Notes under the pieces: generated by a model
Database searches by the model: none
Told to the model about the DNA's origin: nothing
What the model saw: only the letters and a program-made list of their open reading frames with translations
From: Candidatus Iainarchaeum sp.
GTDB lineage: Archaea; Iainarchaeota; Iainarchaeia; Iainarchaeales; CSSED10-239
NCBI GenBank assembly: GCA_028700115.1
Contig: JAQVTI010000009.1
Coordinates: 4,841 to 36,840 of the forward strand
Direction of reading: 5' to 3'
Length of the DNA stretch: 32,000 nucleotides
Program-made: the position numbers and the translations under genes
In this document: piece by piece, positions 1-9,485 of the stretch
Layout: each line of letters starts with the position of its first letter
Numbering within the stretch: position 1 is the stretch's first letter

Positions 1-48
1 GGATCTTTGAAGCATGGGTTGAATCCAGTGATTTGTAGATTTAAATGA
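1..48 (+). CDS. 3' end of an upstream gene truncated by the window edge (ends ...GSLKHGLNPVICRFK*)
   Basis: Frame 1 is open from base 1 to TGA at 46-48, overlapping the ATG of the next ORF (ATGA, 45-48). This is typical of translational coupling. Confidence 0.5.
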   Translation, partial: GSLKHGLNPVICRFK

Positions 49-296
49 AAAAAATTATTTTTAATAATAGAGAATATTGGTATAGGCAAGAAAAAGAAGA
101 TGTTTATATCTTATTTGAAAAAACTAACTATTTTTATCTTGTAAATATGATTATTATTGATGTAATAGAGTATTTAGCTAATAATAAAAGTTTATTAGAG
201 ATTACAGAAATTATTAATAAAAAATATCATATTAATATAACTGTAGATTTTTTAGTCACAAAATTAAAAAATATTGAGGGTATTATTAATGAGTAA
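45..296 (+). CDS. PqqD/RRE-like small protein (putative RiPP recognition element)
   Basis: 83 aa; the pattern ...YILFEKTNYFYLVNMIIIDVIEYLANNKSLLEITEIINKKYHI...FLVTKLKNIEGII fits PqqD (beta strands plus winged helix). It directly precedes a SPASM radical SAM gene. Confidence 0.65.
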   Translation: MKKIIFNNREYWYRQEKEDVYILFEKTNYFYLVNMIIIDVIEYLANNKSLLEITEIINKKYHINITVDFLVTKLKNIEGIINE

Positions 297-1278
297 CTAT
301 TTTAGAACCCCTTTATTTCCTAGTATTGATCTTAGTACAAAATGTAATCTTAGTTGTATTCATTGTAGAAATAACAAAAATAAAATAAGTAAAATTCCTT
401 TTAAAAAAGTTATAGAACTATTAGATGAATTTGAATCTTTGGAAGTATTTCATTTAGCTTTTGCTGGTGGAGAACCATTTTTATTTCCTAAAATTTATGA
501 TGTATTAGAATATAGTCAAAAATTAAATGTGCCCAAGGTGACTATCGTAACTAATTGTACATTTATAAATAAAGATAGAATTGATAAATTAGATAATAAT
601 AAAATTAGGTTTGCTGTTAGTTTAGATGGACCAAAAGAAATACACAACTTTATTAGAAATGCAGATGTATTTGATAAAGTAATAGATAATATTAAATATT
701 TAGTTTCAAAAGGTTTTTTTGTTATGCTAAATTGTACTTTAATGAAATATAATTATAAATATTTCGATGAGATTATCAAAATTGCTAAAAATTTAAAAGT
801 TAATCAAATTAATTTTTCAAAAGTATTTCCTGTACATTCTGAGATTATTAAATTTATGCTTTCAAAAGAAGAATTAGATGAGTTATATGAAAACTATAGA
901 AAATATTCTGGTGAAGATAGTTTAGTTATATTCTTAGATAAAGGGTATATGGGTTTTCCTGATGCATATGATTCTGATATTGCATTTTCTATGGGTTGTA
1001 GAGCGGGTATTTCTCAAATAAATGTAATGTCGGATGGTTCTGTTGTAGGTTGTAAATTATTACCGGATGTTTGTGCTGGAAATATTTATAAAAATACAAT
1101 TAAAGAAATATGGGATGATAATAATAATTGGAAGTTATTCCGAAATGTTATACAAAATATTAATAGTGATACTTGTAAAAAATGTGATTATTTTTATGCT
1201 TGTAAAGGTGGATGTAGAGCATTTGCTTATTATATGACTGGAGATATAAATGGTAAGGATCCTTTATGTCCACTATAA
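274..1278 (+). CDS. Radical SAM/SPASM domain protein (PqqE/MftC-like peptide maturase)
   Basis: CNLSCIHC motif (CxxxCxxC), GGEP, and a C-terminal SPASM cysteine set GCRAG...VGCKLLPD..CAGN...CKKCDYFYACKGGCRAFAYY...DPLCPL. Confidence 0.9.
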   Translation: MRVLLMSNYFRTPLFPSIDLSTKCNLSCIHCRNNKNKISKIPFKKVIELLDEFESLEVFHLAFAGGEPFLFPKIYDVLEYSQKLNVPKVTIVTNCTFINKDRIDKLDNNKIRFAVSLDGPKEIHNFIRNADVFDKVIDNIKYLVSKGFFVMLNCTLMKYNYKYFDEIIKIAKNLKVNQINFSKVFPVHSEIIKFMLSKEELDELYENYRKYSGEDSLVIFLDKGYMGFPDAYDSDIAFSMGCRAGISQINVMSDGSVVGCKLLPDVCAGNIYKNTIKEIWDDNNNWKLFRNVIQNINSDTCKKCDYFYACKGGCRAFAYYMTGDINGKDPLCPL

Positions 1279-2907
1279 ATGATTACTATGAAAACTATTA
1301 GTGAGATAATTATAGAATTTATTAAATTTTTAAAAATTGATACTATATTTGGAATTCCTGGTTCTAATCTAGATTTTTTAAAGTATTTGTCAGAAGATAA
1401 AGTAATAAAATTTATTGTAAATAAAGATGAAAAAAATTCGCCTTATATGGCTATGGGGTATACTAAATCATCTAATAAAATTAGTTGTTGTTTTGGTAGT
1501 GTAGGTGCAGGAGTTTTTAATTTAATTCCTGGCACAATATCTGCTTATTATGAATCTGTTCCTTTATTAATAATCGGTGGGCAGACTAATTTAAAAAATA
1601 AAGGTAAAAATACTTTTCAAGAGGCCTCTGGATGTGCTAGAAGTGTAAGTCAGTTAAATGAATTTAAAAAAATAACTTTGTACAATTGTATTTTAAATGA
1701 AAAAAAATTGTTCCAACAATTAGAAAAAGTATTTTTTAGTTTAAATGATTTTAGATCTGGTCCGGTATATATTGAATTTCCATCAGAACTTATGAATTTA
1801 AAAATTAATTTTAATAAAAAAATATTTTGTAATATGAAAATTAATTTTAATAGATATAGATTAGATAAAATTAAATTATATGATGAATCAAAAAAAGTTA
1901 ATCAATTAATTATTGATTTAAATAAATCTAAAAAACCAGTTATATTAATTGGTAATGGTGTTAAAGATTCAAAAGAAATTATTAAATTATCATCTAAATT
2001 TAGAATTCCTATTTTTTCTACATTTAAAGGAAAAGATAGGGTTACAAATAATTTTAAGTATTATATGGGTTGTTTAGGATTAATTGGTAGTTCTATTGGT
2101 AATAATTATTTTAAAGAAAGTGATTTGTTAATATCTATTGGATCTAGTTTAAGTCAGTTTACTACGGATAATTGGAAATTAATTGATAATAAAAATATTT
2201 ATAGAATAGACACTATTAATGATGATATAACCAAACATAAGGGGATTGTAATTAAATCAGATTATTCTGATGTTTTTAAAAAACTTTTAAGTTCTGATTA
2301 CAAAGGAAATAATAATATTGTTGAATTAAAACAAAGTATTGATAATGAATTAAATAAATTTAATAGCCCTAAAATAAATTTAATAAGAAAATTAAGGACT
2401 AGTTTATCAAAAGACTCTATAATAGTTACTGAAGATATTTTTTTAATTGGTAAGTATTTTAAATTTTATAAAAATGATATTAATTTAAATTTTACAAATA
2501 TTGCTCCTATTGGGTGTGCCTTATCTGGAGGCATAGGGGCTCAAATAGCAAATTCTAAAAAAAAAGTTATTGTAATTTTGGGGGATGGAGGATTTAACAT
2601 GAATATTTCTGAATTAAATACAATTATGAATTATAAAATCCCTTTAAAAATTATATTAATTAATAATAATGGTTATGGTATAGTGTATAAATCACAAATA
2701 CATAAATTTAAAAATAATTTTTATACTCAATTTAAAAATCCAGATTATTTTAAATTAAGTCAATCATACAATTTTACTGCATATAATATAAATAATGTTT
2801 TTAAATTATCATTAAAAAAACTTAAAAAAATAATTAATTCAAATAAAACGGAATTAATAAATGTAAAAGTAGATATTGACGAAAAAATAGGAATTAAAAT
2901 ATATTAA
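1279..2907 (+). CDS. Thiamine-pyrophosphate-dependent enzyme (acetolactate synthase/decarboxylase superfamily)
   Basis: 542 aa; N-terminal GIPGSN...DEKNSPYMAMGY with the Glu at the IlvB-family position. C-terminal TPP motif GDGGFNMNISELNTIMNYKIPLKIILINNNGYG. Confidence 0.88.
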   Translation: MITMKTISEIIIEFIKFLKIDTIFGIPGSNLDFLKYLSEDKVIKFIVNKDEKNSPYMAMGYTKSSNKISCCFGSVGAGVFNLIPGTISAYYESVPLLIIGGQTNLKNKGKNTFQEASGCARSVSQLNEFKKITLYNCILNEKKLFQQLEKVFFSLNDFRSGPVYIEFPSELMNLKINFNKKIFCNMKINFNRYRLDKIKLYDESKKVNQLIIDLNKSKKPVILIGNGVKDSKEIIKLSSKFRIPIFSTFKGKDRVTNNFKYYMGCLGLIGSSIGNNYFKESDLLISIGSSLSQFTTDNWKLIDNKNIYRIDTINDDITKHKGIVIKSDYSDVFKKLLSSDYKGNNNIVELKQSIDNELNKFNSPKINLIRKLRTSLSKDSIIVTEDIFLIGKYFKFYKNDINLNFTNIAPIGCALSGGIGAQIANSKKKVIVILGDGGFNMNISELNTIMNYKIPLKIILINNNGYGIVYKSQIHKFKNNFYTQFKNPDYFKLSQSYNFTAYNINNVFKLSLKKLKKIINSNKTELINVKVDIDEKIGIKIY

Positions 2908-2919
2908 ATAAGTGATTTT

Positions 2920-3234
2920 ATGAAATATGGTATTGAGTATATAGTTAAAAAAGATTTCTTAGGTACTATTAAAATTATAAAGAATAGATCTGATTTTAAT
3001 AAAGTTAATGAAAATGATATTATTTTATTATTAAACACAAGTCCTGATGTTATTTTGTTATTTAATAAAATTAAAGGTGTTATTATTGAAATAGGAGGCC
3101 AAACATCACATTTAACAATTATTGCAAGAGAGAGTAATATGCCTCTAATTAGATTAAATAACGCTAAAGAAATAATTACAGATGGCGATTTTGTAAAAGT
3201 AGTTGAGGGTAATATTTATGTTAATGAAAATTGA
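2920..3234 (+). CDS. Stand-alone PEP-utilising enzyme mobile domain (phosphohistidine swivel domain)
   Basis: GVIIEIGGQTSHLTIIARESNMPLI matches the GG.tSH.aI.AR...P catalytic-His block of PpsA/PpdK/EI. The protein is only 104 aa, with no nucleotide-grasp or PEP-binding domain. Confidence 0.85.
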   Translation: MKYGIEYIVKKDFLGTIKIIKNRSDFNKVNENDIILLLNTSPDVILLFNKIKGVIIEIGGQTSHLTIIARESNMPLIRLNNAKEIITDGDFVKVVEGNIYVNEN

Positions 3235-4225
3235 GGTTCTTTGTAAAAAGATAGCTAAAGATATATCTATAATACAAAAAGGAGGGGCAATTGAAACTCA
3301 GTGGCCTTTTTTAACTTCAGAAGTAGAAAACTATATTGGTGTTGATTTTATCAAACATTTAAGTAATATATTAGATGAAGCTTTATTAAACAATAATATA
3401 ACACAAATTGCTACTAAATTGAAATACCCTTCAATGATAACTCAATATATTGCTTTGATTCATAGTGCAAATGTATTACCTCTTAATAAAAGAATTGAAT
3501 TAATAACTAATTTAATAAGTATAATAGAAGAATTAAGAATGGACTATTTATGTAATAAAGGTATTAATATATTGCAAAATTTTGATATTAGTAAATTTTT
3601 ATCTAATGATATTAAACAAGATATTATTCCTCAAAAGATATCTAGTATTTTATATGCTTATACTGAAAAATTATATCCTACTTTAATGCGTTTGTCATTT
3701 GAACATCATGGTCCATATATTTTTAATAAAAAAAAATATGTTGTAAAAGAATATTTTAATCTTAAAAATCAATATTCAAATATGTTTCCTGTTTTTAACT
3801 ATGATAATGTTAAAATAATTCAAGAAATAGAAGGAGATTTTAATGTTGATTTTTTTGGGCATTCAATAGGAGATTATAAAATAGTTAATTCGATTTTAGT
3901 TGTAGATAATGAAATAATTAGTGACACAAATAAATTTTTAGAAGAAATATTAATTAATTTTATTAATTTAGATAAGTTATTTTTAGAATATACTGTTGAA
4001 GATTATGCTAAAAATTTAACAAATGGATTGTTTTATTCTTTAAAACCATTAACTACTTTAATTAATAAAGATTGGGTTCCATCTAAAAATATAATTGCTA
4101 AATTAAATGGGTTTAAATTATTTTTTCCTAGAGATAAAATTATTAATTATATAAAGTCTACAGATATAAATGAAATAGAATTTAAAGTGTACTTAAGTTT
4201 TAAAAATATTTTTATTAAAGATTAA
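3203..4225 (+). CDS. Uncharacterised protein, 'WP/FFGH' family (paralogue of the 18112..19056 product)
   Basis: 340 aa ORF overlapping the swivel-domain gene; probable start at an internal Met (MLMKIEVL or MKIEVL). Shares ICxKIxKD...WP, YxPxxR and FFGH blocks with the other locus. Confidence 0.75.
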   Translation: MRVIFMLMKIEVLCKKIAKDISIIQKGGAIETQWPFLTSEVENYIGVDFIKHLSNILDEALLNNNITQIATKLKYPSMITQYIALIHSANVLPLNKRIELITNLISIIEELRMDYLCNKGINILQNFDISKFLSNDIKQDIIPQKISSILYAYTEKLYPTLMRLSFEHHGPYIFNKKKYVVKEYFNLKNQYSNMFPVFNYDNVKIIQEIEGDFNVDFFGHSIGDYKIVNSILVVDNEIISDTNKFLEEILINFINLDKLFLEYTVEDYAKNLTNGLFYSLKPLTTLINKDWVPSKNIIAKLNGFKLFFPRDKIINYIKSTDINEIEFKVYLSFKNIFIKD

Positions 4226-4227
4226 TT

Positions 4228-5076
4228 ATGAAATATGAAATTCATTTTAATTATAAATGTAATCAAAATTGTATTTTTTGTAGTGTATTACAACATCCTC
4301 AAAGAGATCTAGAATTAAGTGATTTAGATCTAATTTTACCTTTTATTCATAATAATCAAATTGTTCAAATTAGTGGAGGAGAGCCTTTATTAAATACAAA
4401 TTTGATTAAATGGGTAAAAGAAATTAAAAAAAAAACTAGATTTATTTCTTTAACTACTAATGGCACTTTATTAAATAAAGATAATTTAAATGAATTAATT
4501 AATTTAGGTGTAAATTGTTTTATTATTTCATTACATAGTAATACTATTAATAATTTTAAGAAAATAACTACAACTGATAACTTTAATAATGTAATAAATT
4601 GTTTAGAATTATTTAAAAAAATAAATAATAGTAGCATAAAAGTAATAGTTAATACCGTTATTACAAAATATAATATTTCTGAAATTTTCGATTTATTTAA
4701 AATGTTACATGAAAAATATGGTTTTGCTAAAATAAAATTATCTTATCCTAGATTTTATAAATTTGCAAAATCTGATTTTAATTGTAAAATTCATTTATTG
4801 TCATTAACAGATGTTCATTTCTTTTTAAAAGATATAATTAATAAACCTTATTTTGATAAACTTATTATAGAAAATATTCCTTCATGTATAATTAAACCTA
4901 GTAAAGAATATAGAGACTGGTCTACTAAACTTTTAACAGTAGATGGAATAAAAGATAGTGTAGATAACACGAGATATTATATGAAAAAATGTGTTACTTG
5001 TAATTTAAGATTAAATTGTCAAGGATTTCACAAATATTATAATTATTATTTTGACGATTATATTTTGGAAACATAA
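4228..5076 (+). CDS. Radical SAM protein
   Basis: CNQNCIFC motif, GGEPLL, TTNGTL, and a C-terminal Cys cluster CVTCNLRLNCQG. Confidence 0.88.
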   Translation: MKYEIHFNYKCNQNCIFCSVLQHPQRDLELSDLDLILPFIHNNQIVQISGGEPLLNTNLIKWVKEIKKKTRFISLTTNGTLLNKDNLNELINLGVNCFIISLHSNTINNFKKITTTDNFNNVINCLELFKKINNSSIKVIVNTVITKYNISEIFDLFKMLHEKYGFAKIKLSYPRFYKFAKSDFNCKIHLLSLTDVHFFLKDIINKPYFDKLIIENIPSCIIKPSKEYRDWSTKLLTVDGIKDSVDNTRYYMKKCVTCNLRLNCQGFHKYYNYYFDDYILET

Positions 5077-5119
5077 TTGTTTAGATAGATTTATTAATTT
5101 GTAATTATATATATTTATA

Positions 5120-5848
5120 GTGTTGTATATGTTTAAAGGAAATATTTCAACTAATTTAAAATTTACAAATAAATTAGATAGATTAAAAAAAGAAACTATA
5201 GCTTCTAAAAAAATTACTTTTGCAAGTTATCCAAAAAAAGAAGTTGCAATTAAGTATGTTGATGCTTTTTGGAAAAGATATTTTGATGGAAGCTTAGAAA
5301 AATCTTTATCTAAAAGAAAAGATAACCATTTTATTTCTAATTATAATCCAAATGTAAAAATTTTTCCTATTTCTCCTACAGTTTCTGTAACTGTAAGAAA
5401 AATGAATTTAATAGATGTAAGACCTTATTTCGAAATTCATAAATATTATAAAGAAAAATTTAAAAATGCAAATTTTAAATATTCTAAATTTGTTTTAACA
5501 GATATAATAGATTATAAGAAAAAAGGGGATTTTTATTATGTTCTTGAAAGAATAGTTCCTTCTATTAGTGTATATGATTTTTATGTGTCAGATTTTAAGG
5601 GTTTTAAAGAAAATAGATTTTCTAAATCTTTTCAGAAAAGTTTAGAAAAAGTGGATTTATTAAAGATGAAAGAAGATTTAGGTCCAGCATTAAATGAATT
5701 AAAACATTTTATTAATAATAATTCTAAATTTAAATTTAGACTTGATAATTCTAATAATAATATTATTATAATTGATTATAATCCAGAAACACATAAATTT
5801 AAATTTGGATTAATTGATTTTGCTGGTATGAGTTCTAAAAGTTTTTAA
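5120..5848 (+). CDS. Hypothetical protein
   Basis: 242 aa ORF. The C-terminal LDNSNNNIIIIDYNPETHKFKFGLIDFAG is vaguely kinase-like but not assignable. Confidence 0.55.
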   Translation: MLYMFKGNISTNLKFTNKLDRLKKETIASKKITFASYPKKEVAIKYVDAFWKRYFDGSLEKSLSKRKDNHFISNYNPNVKIFPISPTVSVTVRKMNLIDVRPYFEIHKYYKEKFKNANFKYSKFVLTDIIDYKKKGDFYYVLERIVPSISVYDFYVSDFKGFKENRFSKSFQKSLEKVDLLKMKEDLGPALNELKHFINNNSKFKFRLDNSNNNIIIIDYNPETHKFKFGLIDFAGMSSKSF

Positions 5849-5952
5849 AAATAATACTATTTTTTAAGTTTTTTTTTCTTATTTTGCAAACATCTATTTA
5901 TAAATTTATTGTTACTTGTATATTTATACAACTAATAATTAGGTGAATATTT

Positions 5953-7107
5953 ATGAATTACAAAAATTTTAATCCTTTACTTTTTTTAATGTCTTTAGGT
6001 GCTGGGGGTATTTCAATTATTCCTTTTGCGTTTTTACAATATACTTTTTTTAGTTCAAAAGGACTTGTTACTTTATCTGATGTATTAAGTTCAAGTTTAA
6101 GTATGTCTCAATTAGTTTTATTTAATTTTTTATTTATAGTTATGATTGTTTTTGGATTACTTCATTTAATTTTAAGTGTTATATTAATAAAACATTTAAT
6201 TAAATGGATAAAAGAAGGAAGATATAAAGAAATGTTAAATAATCCTTTAAAAAACTCTGCTCTTTTAGCTCCATTTATTTCTATTATAATGACTTTAAAT
6301 GTATTTATTGGTCCTATTAGATTTTTTATAAACCCTATTTCAAATAATCTTCAAAGTTTAATGATTTATGCATTAATCTTTTGGGGTTTAATATGGTTAT
6401 TTTTAATGTATTTAGATTTAAAGTTAATATCTATATCTTTTTTAAAAGATTTTGATGTTTCTAAAATAAATTTCGGATGGCTTTTACATTCTTTTGCATT
6501 AGGTATGGCTTCTGTAACTGGTTCTGGAATTGCAGCTTTATCTCAAAATATTTTAATTGCACACATTGCTGCATTCTTATCAACAATTTCTTTAAGTTTA
6601 GGTTTATTTTTATTAATAGTAAAACTAATAACTTTATTTAAATTCCATTTTGAATCAAAAGGATTACCTGATAAGCAATTTTTACCTAGTTTTTTAATAG
6701 TTATTCCAAATGTAACTTTATTTGCAATAACTTTATTTAGATTAGGTCATTATTTAGAACATGCTTTTTCATTTTCATTAGGAGCTTATTTTTTAGTAGT
6801 TATTCTTTTAAGCTTTGTATTTGAAATCTGGTATTTTGGTTTTTCTTTATTTTTACTTAAAGATTATTTTAAAAAACACTTTTTTAAAAAAGAATTCTAT
6901 ATATCTCAATGGGGGCTTGTTTGTCCAGTTGTAGCTTTTGCTGTTTTGGGTAGTTTTTTATATAAAGTATTTGTTCCTAATATAATATTATATATTGTAA
7001 TAATAGTAGTTTTAATTATTTCAGTTGTTTTGTTTTTTATACTTTTTATAAGACAATTAAAATGTAGTAATTTTTTAAAAAGTAAAAGTTTTATATGTAA
7101 GAATTAG
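5953..7107 (+). CDS. Polytopic membrane protein, possibly SLAC1/TehA (TDT)-like transporter
   Basis: 384 aa with about 10 hydrophobic segments. Family assignment is tentative. Confidence 0.6.
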   Translation: MNYKNFNPLLFLMSLGAGGISIIPFAFLQYTFFSSKGLVTLSDVLSSSLSMSQLVLFNFLFIVMIVFGLLHLILSVILIKHLIKWIKEGRYKEMLNNPLKNSALLAPFISIIMTLNVFIGPIRFFINPISNNLQSLMIYALIFWGLIWLFLMYLDLKLISISFLKDFDVSKINFGWLLHSFALGMASVTGSGIAALSQNILIAHIAAFLSTISLSLGLFLLIVKLITLFKFHFESKGLPDKQFLPSFLIVIPNVTLFAITLFRLGHYLEHAFSFSLGAYFLVVILLSFVFEIWYFGFSLFLLKDYFKKHFFKKEFYISQWGLVCPVVAFAVLGSFLYKVFVPNIILYIVIIVVLIISVVLFFILFIRQLKCSNFLKSKSFICKN

Positions 7108-7176
7108 AAATCATAGAAGATTTAAGAAATTATATAATAAAAGAAAATAGTTGAAAAAATATAAAAAGAAAATAAA

Positions 7177-8529
7177 TTATTTTCTTATATATTTTTTATT
7201 TCTTGTTTTTTGTTTATTTTTAAATCTATCTTGATGTTGTCTTTTTCTGAATTTCTTTTCTTTGTCCTTAAAGTATTCTTTATCATCATCACTTTCTTTT
7301 TTTCTAGCAGATGCGATTTGGTCTTTAACTTCAGAAATTCTTTTATCAAATTGATTTCTTCTTCTTGAACCTTTTGTATCTCTTGCCTTAATGTTTTTAG
7401 ATGGTTTTTTAAGTTCAAGATATTTAAATTCAGGAAGAGGCATTAAGTTTACATCAAATTTATTTTTACTACAAATCTTTAAGAAATCTTGTTTATCTTT
7501 AGTTGTAATAAAACTAATTGCTTTTCCTGTTTTTCCTGCTCTTGCAGTTCTACCTATTCTATGTACAAATTGTGTTTTTTCTCTAGGTAGATTAAAATTA
7601 AAAATAAAATCTAAATTATCAATATGTAATCCTCTAGCAGAAACATCAGTTGATACTAAACAAGAATGTTTATCTTGTGTATATTTTTCAATAATATGTG
7701 TTCTTTTTCTTTGTTCTAGTCCACCGTGAAGCTTATATGCATTTATTCCGTTTTCTTTAAGATTATATTCTACACTATCAACTAAAGTTCTTGTATTACA
7801 AAAAACAATTGATTTTTTAAATAAATTTTGTTTAAGTAAATGTACTAATAAAGATATTTTTTTATTTTCTGGAATTTTATAATATTCCTGAACAAGCATG
7901 CTTTTATCAACATGTACTTTTGCAGAAACTCTTTTTGCATTTTTCATAAACTTATTTTCTATATTTTTAACATCTTTTGTAATTGTTGCAGAAAATAAAA
8001 GCATTTGTTTTTCTTTAGGCATATATCCTAATATTTTTTTAATATCAATAATAAAACCCATATCACTCATTCTATCTGCTTCATCTAGAACAATATGTTT
8101 TACTTTTTTAAGATTTAAATTTCCTCTTTCAATATGATCTAATAATCTACCTGGAGTTGCAATTACAATATGTGCTTTTTTAATTTCTACAGTTTGGAAT
8201 CTAATAGGTTCTCCACCATAAACTACACTTGATTTGATATGTGTGTTTTTTGTGAATTTTTTAGTTTCTTTATCAATTTGAATAGCAAGTTCTCTAGTTG
8301 GAGTAATAACTATTGCTTGTGCACCTTTTGTAACATCTAACTTTCCTAGAATTCCAGCTAAAAATGCAAATGTTTTTCCAGTTCCAGTTGCAGATTGTGC
8401 AATTATGTCTTCTCCTTTAATTACTAAAGGTATTGTTTTTTCTTGTATTTCTGTAGGTGTTTTATAACCTAATTTTTCTACAGTCTTAATTACATGTTCA
8501 TCAAGACCTAATTTTTTAAATTCGTTCAT
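7177..8529 (-). CDS. DEAD-box ATP-dependent RNA helicase
   Basis: Q-motif GYKTPTEIQEKTIP, ATGTGKT, VLDEADRMSDMG, LLFSATI, HRIGRTARAGKTG, and a Lys/Arg-rich tail. Confidence 0.96.
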   Translation of the reverse strand: MNEFKKLGLDEHVIKTVEKLGYKTPTEIQEKTIPLVIKGEDIIAQSATGTGKTFAFLAGILGKLDVTKGAQAIVITPTRELAIQIDKETKKFTKNTHIKSSVVYGGEPIRFQTVEIKKAHIVIATPGRLLDHIERGNLNLKKVKHIVLDEADRMSDMGFIIDIKKILGYMPKEKQMLLFSATITKDVKNIENKFMKNAKRVSAKVHVDKSMLVQEYYKIPENKKISLLVHLLKQNLFKKSIVFCNTRTLVDSVEYNLKENGINAYKLHGGLEQRKRTHIIEKYTQDKHSCLVSTDVSARGLHIDNLDFIFNFNLPREKTQFVHRIGRTARAGKTGKAISFITTKDKQDFLKICSKNKFDVNLMPLPEFKYLELKKPSKNIKARDTKGSRRRNQFDKRISEVKDQIASARKKESDDDKEYFKDKEKKFRKRQHQDRFKNKQKTRNKKYIRK

Positions 8530-8646
8530 ATGTTTGTTTCCTTTTTTAATTTTATAAAAATAGATTGGTTTTAAATTATATATATTTTTTTCTATTAGTA
8601 TATATAATTTAAGTAAGCATTTGTTTATAAAATAAGGTTTTTAGGC

Positions 8647-9441
8647 TTATTTTCTAAGTTTCCATAATTTTTTCTTACTTCTCTTAAAACCTTCTTTTTT
8701 ATATGCAGCAACATGCATACCTCTTCCTCTTGTTTTAATTGCATTTATTTCTTCTGTAACTAATTTTTGTAAATGTTTTGTTTTTTCTTTAGGTAAGACT
8801 CCTATATTAAATAAATATGCTTCTTCTGAGTTTATTTTTCCTTGATGTATTAGATTATAAAATACTTTTTCAGAAAAAGGTTTGTTATATCCTTTATGAT
8901 GTTTTGGGTTTAGAACTTTTAATCTATCAGAAGGATATGTTTCTTTAAATATTTTAATAACTTCATTAAGTATACTTTTATTTTTCATATGTTTAAAAAA
9001 AGAACCATTTAGTCCTTGTATATTTCCTAAGATAATATGTGTTTTTTTAGATTTATCTAAAAATATATCAAAGTTAAATTTAGCAATTGCATTTTCTGTA
9101 TCTTTTGCATTATATATATTTATACTTATACCAAAAGGCTTATCTGCCCAGGTAGATAGTTTTATTTTTAGATTTTTATTTTCAAATTTGTTTTGAATTT
9201 CTAAAAATTCTTTTGAGAATGTATCTAATATGTTTACTTTTTTAGAAAGGGTATCTTTTCCAGAAACATTTTGTTTGTATGCAAGTATGTTTTGTGTATT
9301 TTTAAGAAATACATTTATATTTCTAAACCCATAATAATAAATTGCTTTTTGTAAAATAAGTTTTTGTTTATAATCTAATTTTTTAATTTCTTCTTTTTTA
9401 AGACCTATAGATAATAGTTCTTTTTGTGATATTAATTTCAT
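8647..9441 (-). CDS. Hypothetical protein
   Basis: 264 aa intact ORF between the helicase and RuBisCO genes, with a Lys/Arg-rich C terminus. Confidence 0.6.
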   Translation of the reverse strand: MKLISQKELLSIGLKKEEIKKLDYKQKLILQKAIYYYGFRNINVFLKNTQNILAYKQNVSGKDTLSKKVNILDTFSKEFLEIQNKFENKNLKIKLSTWADKPFGISINIYNAKDTENAIAKFNFDIFLDKSKKTHIILGNIQGLNGSFFKHMKNKSILNEVIKIFKETYPSDRLKVLNPKHHKGYNKPFSEKVFYNLIHQGKINSEEAYLFNIGVLPKEKTKHLQKLVTEEINAIKTRGRGMHVAAYKKEGFKRSKKKLWKLRK

Positions 9442-9485
9442 TTTTTTTCTCTTTGTAATTTATAAAATAAATAAAAAAGAAGAAA

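Noticed and set aside
1279-2907. Considered as a standard branched-chain amino acid acetolactate synthase locus
   Set aside because: No ilvN, ilvC or ilvD neighbours in the window. It is packed within a radical SAM/RRE/swivel-domain operon, so a primary-metabolism assignment is unsupported, although not excluded.
4365-4637. Minus-strand 90-aa ORF
   Set aside because: Lies antisense within the radical SAM gene; hydrophobic composition typical of the reverse frame of AT-rich coding DNA.
7185-8137. ORFs 7185..7418 (-), 7391..7729 (+) and 7898..8137 (+)
   Set aside because: All lie inside the clearly conserved DEAD-box helicase gene in alternate or antisense frames.
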